Source: a virus. Taken from it: a stretch of 64,000 bases of DNA. The DNA lies in IMG/VR virus record IMGVR_UViG_3300037116_000097, one strand, 5' to 3'. Position numbers and translations under genes: made by a program. Shown here in pieces: positions 59,369 to 64,000 of this stretch; the first letter of the stretch is position 1, and each line of letters starts with the position of its first letter. Below the pieces are notes generated by a model. That model saw only the letters and a program-made list of their open reading frames with translations, did no database searches and was not told where the DNA came from.

Positions 59369-60053
59369 AGACCTCGGTCTGACTGCCCGAGGGAGGCAGG
59401 TTGAGAGGCCAGTTCGAGAACGTACCGCCGCTCTGAACCAGCTCGGTGATGGAGACGTCGAGGACGCCCTGGCCGCCGGTCTGGCTGCCAGAGATGCCGG
59501 TGATGACCCGTTCCTGCGCACTCGTGCCCTGGCCCTGGGGCCGGGGAAACTTGTTGCGGAAAACGGTATAAACCGGATAGATCAGACGACTCGGGCGCAT
59601 GAGATCAAACGGCACCAACCCGTACACACTGCCCACGCCGAGGTTCCCGGCCGTGAAGTTCTTGAACGCCTCGCTGCCGCCGGGCATGCCGGCGAAGACA
59701 CCCGACAGGGTGTCCATCAGCGAAGGCGCGGTCAGGGCCGTCTTCAGGTACCCGAACTGGTTCAGGAACCCCTGGTTCATGCCCTTGACCACGGCGGGCT
59801 TGTCGTTGATGCCGTTCCAGGTTGACTGCCGCAGGTCGATAGCGGCCTGGCTGGCCTTGGTCATGATCTGGATCTCGTCGGTGAGGGGGGCGTTGCCGAG
59901 TCCGGCGTAGCCCGCTCCCTTGACGAGGTTGGGGAGCCGGGCCTTCAGCATCTCTCCCGTGCGGGAGAACTGCTGGACGTTGCCGGCTACCTCGGCGCCC
60001 GTGGGGCTGAGCTGGTCAGCCGGGGCGATTGTTGCTTCGAGAATGTCTGCCAT
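59369..60053 (-). CDS. major capsid protein, exon 1 (ORF runs to TGA 59358 inside intron)
   Basis: AAGGAG RBS before ATG 60053; 228 aa up to predicted 5' splice site. Confidence 0.6.
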
Positions 60054-60179
60054 GCACTCCTTAATGGGTGCTGGTAGTTGCGTTCTTGTTGTCTCCTATG
60101 GGGTCTGGCCCGTGCGCGCCGCGCTAGGGCAGTCGTTACCTCTCAGCACCGCTGAGGGGGACGTTTGAGGGTGTGCCGG

Positions 60180-60464
60180 TCAGGCCGCGCGGCCAGCGTT
60201 GCGCAGATCCCGCGCCATCGCGCTCTTGCGGATCTGGCGGGCTAGCTGCTGGTCGGTGACTACGCTGCCGGCCACGTGGTAGGTGACGGTAACTCCCGGC
60301 ATCGCTGGCGGCGTGAAAGTCGTGGCGCCGCCTGACGTGCCCGGGCCCGGCCAGATGGTCGTCGCGGGACCGAGCACGCCTGTGGTGCCGCCCGAGCACG
60401 GGCAGCAGTCAAGGTCAGGGGAGTTGATCCGCTGGCAGGCAGGGCAGCGCCATCCTTCACGCAT
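60180..60464 (-). CDS. zinc-ribbon protein with tape-measure-like C-terminal motif (94 aa)
   Basis: ATG 60464 (ATGCGTGA overlap); CPACQ...CCPC; YHVAGSVVTDQQLARQIR resembles tape measure C-terminus. Confidence 0.5.
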   Translation of the reverse strand: MREGWRCPACQRINSPDLDCCPCSGGTTGVLGPATTIWPGPGTSGGATTFTPPAMPGVTVTYHVAGSVVTDQQLARQIRKSAMARDLRNAGRAA

Positions 60465-60693
60465 CGCGGGACGCCGTTGCGGCAGCGCACTCGCGCTCAA
60501 AGCGGCGGGCACCGAGGAATGCGCGCAGCGGCGTCTTGTGGCCGCCTGCGCCCACCGGGCCGGCCGGGCCGTACTGGACGCCGCAGGACCATGAGCGCCG
60601 GGGAGCACCGGGAGGGTAGACCTCATGCTGGAAGGTGTAGCGGCCGATCTTCCACCCGCGCGGGGGCGACTCGGCGCCGTCGAGAATGGTCAT
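60457..60693 (-). CDS. hypothetical protein (78 aa)
   Basis: GGGAGGA RBS. Confidence 0.5.
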   Translation of the reverse strand: MTILDGAESPPRGWKIGRYTFQHEVYPPGAPRRSWSCGVQYGPAGPVGAGGHKTPLRAFLGARRFERECAAATASRDA

Positions 60694-60733
60694 CGCGCTT
60701 CCTCCCTTGGTGCGGTCAGCTCGCCCTGCCCGG

Positions 60734-60892
60734 TCACAGCCAGTGCCTCCGGCCGCCGACTGGATGGCCGGCGTGGCCGAGGACGAGCAGGATCAGGCCG
60801 GCGATCAGGACGACGGCGCCGGCCGTGACCAGCACGGCGAGCTTTGCCACGAGCAGCCCGATGACGAGCAGGATGATGCCGAGGGTGATCAT
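60734..60892 (-). CDS. small hydrophobic membrane protein (52 aa)
   Basis: AAGGAG RBS before ATG 60892; MITLGIILLVIGLLVAKLAVLVTAGAVVLIAGLILLVLG. Confidence 0.5.
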   Translation of the reverse strand: MITLGIILLVIGLLVAKLAVLVTAGAVVLIAGLILLVLGHAGHPVGGRRHWL

Positions 60893-60902
60893 TACGTCTC
60901 CT

Positions 60903-63662
60903 TTACCGCACGCCGCCCGCGACATTCAGCAGCCTGGTCAGCTCCTGCCACGCGACTTCGCGCTTGCCGGGGTCCGGGTCGTTGCGGGCCTGGTGCTGGA
61001 GGTCCCGGATGAGGGATTCCTGCACGTTGCTGGCTGCCTTCTCCACGGCGCTCCGCTCGGGGACCGCCGGGGATGGCTGCATGGCCTTCGGGCGCACCCC
61101 GCCTGCGCCTACGGCCTTGAAGGGGGCGTAGCGGGGGTCAGGGGCAGAGGCCATCTGGTCGATGAGCTCTCCCTGCTGCTCAAGCTTCGCGGCAAGGGGG
61201 GCGACGGCCTTCTCGACGGCTGCCTGCAGCGCCGCGGCGTCCAGCGACGGGACGGGCAGGGCAGCGACGACGGGAAGCGGGTCCGCTGCCTTGGCCGCCA
61301 TGTCGCCCTTCACGGGCATCTTGTCGCCGCAGCCGGGGCAGAACTTGCCGGGCCGTGCCTTCTTGCCGCACTTGCAGTCCATCTTGGCCGGCTTGCCCGG
61401 CGCGGCTGCCTTGGTGACGGGCAGGTCGCCCTCGTACTGGACGCCCGTGGTCTCCCCGGACGCGCCGTCTGCCTTCCGGGCTCCCGGCACCGGGACGGGG
61501 CGCGCGCCAGCGGGCGGCTGCCCGCCGTGACCGGGCCCGTGCATGGGGCACAGGTCAGGGAACGTTCCCGCAATGTGGTCGTGCATGGACGCCATCGCGG
61601 ACCTGGCGCCGTCACGGCTCGTGTTGCGGTAGAACGTCCGCTGCGGCTTCCCCGGCACCGAGGGGACAGCCTGGGAGCCGTTGTCCCCGCCGGGCTCGCT
61701 GGAGGCTTCCTGGCCCCCGGTGAGAGGACCGCGGGTGAAGTCCGTAGCGGAGATGTGCTCAGCGGTGATGGTCATCGGGCTCGCGCCGCTTGCCGCCGTC
61801 GTGTTCGACTGGTCCATGCCGGACAGGGCCGGGCGGCGGAACGACTGCGGGCGCAGCTCGGACGGGGCCGGGTAGGTGGAAGGGCCGGGGTTCGCGTCGG
61901 CGAACGCCTTGTGCGCCTCCCAGCGCAGGCCGGTGACCGTCTCCGCGTCGGTTCCGGCGATGGTGAGGGCGTCCTGCCAGCGGCGCTGCGCCTTCCCCGC
62001 CTCGGCCAGCGGCGCGTCGATCGCGGCCGACAGGGCCTTCGACTGCCATTCCGCCGGGTCCGCGACCATCGCAAGCGTCTGGCCGGGGTAGGACTTCGCG
62101 GTCGCGTCCGGGGAGAACGCCGGGCACAGGAAGTCGTGCAGCATCCCCTCGCCCCACGACGCGCCCGCGTTCCTGATGTGCCACGACGCGGCCTCGGAGC
62201 CCGCGGTCTTGCCCGTCTGCGCCATCTCGGCAGCAGGAGGGGCCACAGCGGCCTCGGCTGCCCGCTCGGAGGGCTCGTCCGGGTTGGTGCCCTCCAGGTG
62301 CGCGTCGTCCTCGAGCTGTTCCATCGCCACCCCGTCAGGCTCCCGGTGAGGGGTAACGGGGTCGGTCGGCGCGGAGTCCTTCACGCCATCGGCAGGAGAC
62401 GGGGACGCGGCCTTGTCGGCAGCATCGGGCTTGTCGGGGGTCATCTTCTTGCCGCACTTGAAGCAGAACGGGTTCTTCGCGCCGGACTTCTTGCCGCACG
62501 ACGGGCACGCCATCTTCGGCTTCGCGGCCTTGTCGGCGACAGGAACGGCGGGCGCGTCATCGGCCGTGGCGGCCTTCTCCGCGTCGTCGGTGAGCGGGTT
62601 GGCGACGCCCAGTTCACTCGCGCGCTTGGCGATCAGCGCCTTCGCGGCGGTGACGTCACCGTGCCCGGAGCGGGCCAGGATCGCGGCGTTGCCCAGATCC
62701 TCCGCGTTGGCGATCGGATAGGAACCGTCGCTCAATGCGTGGCCCTTGCCAGCCAGTTCCTTGCGCTCGGCAGCGGACACGTCCCGCTTCCAGATCGCCG
62801 ACTCGACGGCCTTCAGCGCGTCGGCCACGGCAACCTCTGCCGCGTCCGTTTCCGCTGCCTTCGGCATGTCCGTGTCATCCGGGGCGTCCATGTCAGCGTC
62901 GGATGCCTCGTCCTCCTGGTCAGCCGCAGCGTTGTCGCCGCCGGCCTCGTCGGCTCCCGCAGCTGCCTTCTGCGCTTCAGCGTCCTCGGCGATCTCCCGG
63001 TGCTTCAGCAGCTTCGCGAGGTCGGACGGGGAGAACGTGAGGGACGCCTTGATCACGTCGGGCTCGTCTGTCTTGGTGGTCGTGCCATCGCCTCCGAGCA
63101 TCTTGCCGACGAACTCCGGGCCGCCATCGGCTGCCGCCTTGAACAGCTGGAAAGCAGTGCCGAAGTTGGAACCGCGATCAACGACTGAGATCTCGCCGAG
63201 CCCGGTCATGCCGTCCGCGCGGTCGGTGATGACTCCCCGGACCGCCTTGTGCTCAGGGTCCAGGTGGTTGAAGCGCGGGTCGCCGACGCGGATGTCCGGG
63301 TGGCAGATGCCGATGCTCCAGTCGTTCAGCACCTTGGTGCGGATCTTGTGCTTGGCGTCGGGGTCGGCGATCAGGCCCTTGACGAAGTGGCCGTCGACCT
63401 CCAGCCCGCGCCCGACCGCCTTGCGCGGGTCGTGCTGCATGCGGATGTTGGCCTTGGTGTCGAACCACTTCTTGATCCACCGGAGGCTGGCTTCGGGGTC
63501 TACGACCTGAAGATCTCCGTCGAGGGTGCCATCGGTGACCTTCCCCCAGATCTCTATGTCCGGGGTGCCGTCCACGGGGTTAATCGTCCCCGTGTCCTCT
63601 GACTTCGAGATCGGCATCGAGAAGTGGACCATCTCGTTGCCGGCGGTCAGTGTGTTCGCCAT
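60903..63662 (-). CDS. capsid maturation protease (HK97/S78-like N-domain) fused to long scaffold-like region with two zinc ribbons
   Basis: GGAGGTGC-ATG at 63662; IRMQHDPRKAVGRG and NDWSIGI (His/Ser candidates); CPSCGKK..CFKCGKKM and CKCGKK..CPGCGDKM in Ala/Asp/Pro-rich region. Confidence 0.6.
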   Translation of the reverse strand: MANTLTAGNEMVHFSMPISKSEDTGTINPVDGTPDIEIWGKVTDGTLDGDLQVVDPEASLRWIKKWFDTKANIRMQHDPRKAVGRGLEVDGHFVKGLIADPDAKHKIRTKVLNDWSIGICHPDIRVGDPRFNHLDPEHKAVRGVITDRADGMTGLGEISVVDRGSNFGTAFQLFKAAADGGPEFVGKMLGGDGTTTKTDEPDVIKASLTFSPSDLAKLLKHREIAEDAEAQKAAAGADEAGGDNAAADQEDEASDADMDAPDDTDMPKAAETDAAEVAVADALKAVESAIWKRDVSAAERKELAGKGHALSDGSYPIANAEDLGNAAILARSGHGDVTAAKALIAKRASELGVANPLTDDAEKAATADDAPAVPVADKAAKPKMACPSCGKKSGAKNPFCFKCGKKMTPDKPDAADKAASPSPADGVKDSAPTDPVTPHREPDGVAMEQLEDDAHLEGTNPDEPSERAAEAAVAPPAAEMAQTGKTAGSEAASWHIRNAGASWGEGMLHDFLCPAFSPDATAKSYPGQTLAMVADPAEWQSKALSAAIDAPLAEAGKAQRRWQDALTIAGTDAETVTGLRWEAHKAFADANPGPSTYPAPSELRPQSFRRPALSGMDQSNTTAASGASPMTITAEHISATDFTRGPLTGGQEASSEPGGDNGSQAVPSVPGKPQRTFYRNTSRDGARSAMASMHDHIAGTFPDLCPMHGPGHGGQPPAGARPVPVPGARKADGASGETTGVQYEGDLPVTKAAAPGKPAKMDCKCGKKARPGKFCPGCGDKMPVKGDMAAKAADPLPVVAALPVPSLDAAALQAAVEKAVAPLAAKLEQQGELIDQMASAPDPRYAPFKAVGAGGVRPKAMQPSPAVPERSAVEKAASNVQESLIRDLQHQARNDPDPGKREVAWQELTRLLNVAGGVR

Positions 63663-63746
63663 GCACCTCCGGAAAGGGCAGATCGGGTAGACCGCCGTGG
63701 CGGCAAGGGGGAGAACGAAGATCACTAGGGGGGGGATGCGGCGGCG

Positions 63747-64000
63747 TCAGGACAGGTAGAGATAGGCGGTAGTACCTGCAATCAGGTTGCCGCCGCTGAC
63801 CGTCGCGATTTTGACGGACGTGATAGCTGACGTGGACCGCCACGCCACAACCCCGGTCTCGGTGACGCAATCCGCGGTGGCGGCGGCACCGTCAGCGAAC
63901 CCGGAACGCCAGAAACCGGTTTTCTGGAAGGTAGTCCCGGTATAGAGGGGGATCGTGATCTCCAGGAGCCCGGCGACCCCGGCCGTCGCCGACGCACCGG
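63747..64000 (-). CDS. hypothetical head-module protein, 5'-truncated by window edge
   Basis: Open GC3-rich frame from window end to TGA 63749-63747 (..LEITIPLYTGTTFQKTGFWRSGF..AYLYLS). Confidence 0.5.
   Translation of the reverse strand, partial: GASATAGVAGLLEITIPLYTGTTFQKTGFWRSGFADGAAATADCVTETGVVAWRSTSAITSVKIATVSGGNLIAGTTAYLYLS

Noticed and set aside
60477-63188. 903-aa plus-strand ORF
   Set aside because: It is antisense to the protease-scaffold gene, extremely Arg/Gly-rich, and has no motifs or RBS. It is a classic shadow ORF in high-GC sequence.

Overview
The window appears to be entirely phage DNA: about 64 kb of a high-GC (Streptomyces/actinobacterial-type) temperate siphovirus-like genome. 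I recognise no host housekeeping genes. All calls come from reading the ORF translations and the raw sequence; no searches were run, so family names are motif-level recognition from memory, and many start codons are approximate.

Layout:
- 1-26559, + strand: two long translationally coupled early, replication and DNA-modification operons. Recognised products are a Gp37/Gp68-family protein, a minimal SPOUT methyltransferase, RusA, a DUF1643 protein, two DNA methyltransferases, a DnaB-like helicase, a nucleoside deoxyribosyltransferase-like protein, PadR, DUF4326, DUF2493/SLOG and a metallophosphoesterase. These operons are interrupted by two reverse-oriented regulator nodes, at 4955-5410 and 14233-15148.
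- 26684-29515: integration and immunity module. It holds an HNH gene, an excisionase, an XRE-type repressor candidate, a tyrosine integrase and a candidate attP.
- 29516-30229: a secreted-protein moron.
- 30326-64000, - strand: lysis cassette, tail fibres, tape measure, G/GT chaperone pair, major tail protein, head-tail genes, a three-gene glycosylation cassette, the major capsid gene, a protease-scaffold fusion and one partial upstream gene. No portal or terminase lies inside the window.

Most notable observations:
1. The major capsid gene is split by a group I intron. The classical P, Q, R and S core elements are readable, and the intron carries an HNH endonuclease ORF.
2. A catalytically intact TnpB gene, preceded by a small RHH gene and lacking any TnpA, is inserted on the opposite strand between head-tail and tail genes.
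3. A GT32-like / epimerase / GT1 cassette sits inside the head module.
4. An array of small early genes is joined by a handful of exactly repeated 14-27 bp junction sequences.
5. A compact divergent, apparently leaderless promoter pair with repeated GTGACAAC motifs controls a reverse-oriented RHH + CHC2 zinc-finger island.
6. There is a canonical CCCAAAC -1 frameshift site in the tail chaperone gene, a +1 frame break at a T4 run in the head-tail adaptor gene, and a phage tRNA-Met(CAU).
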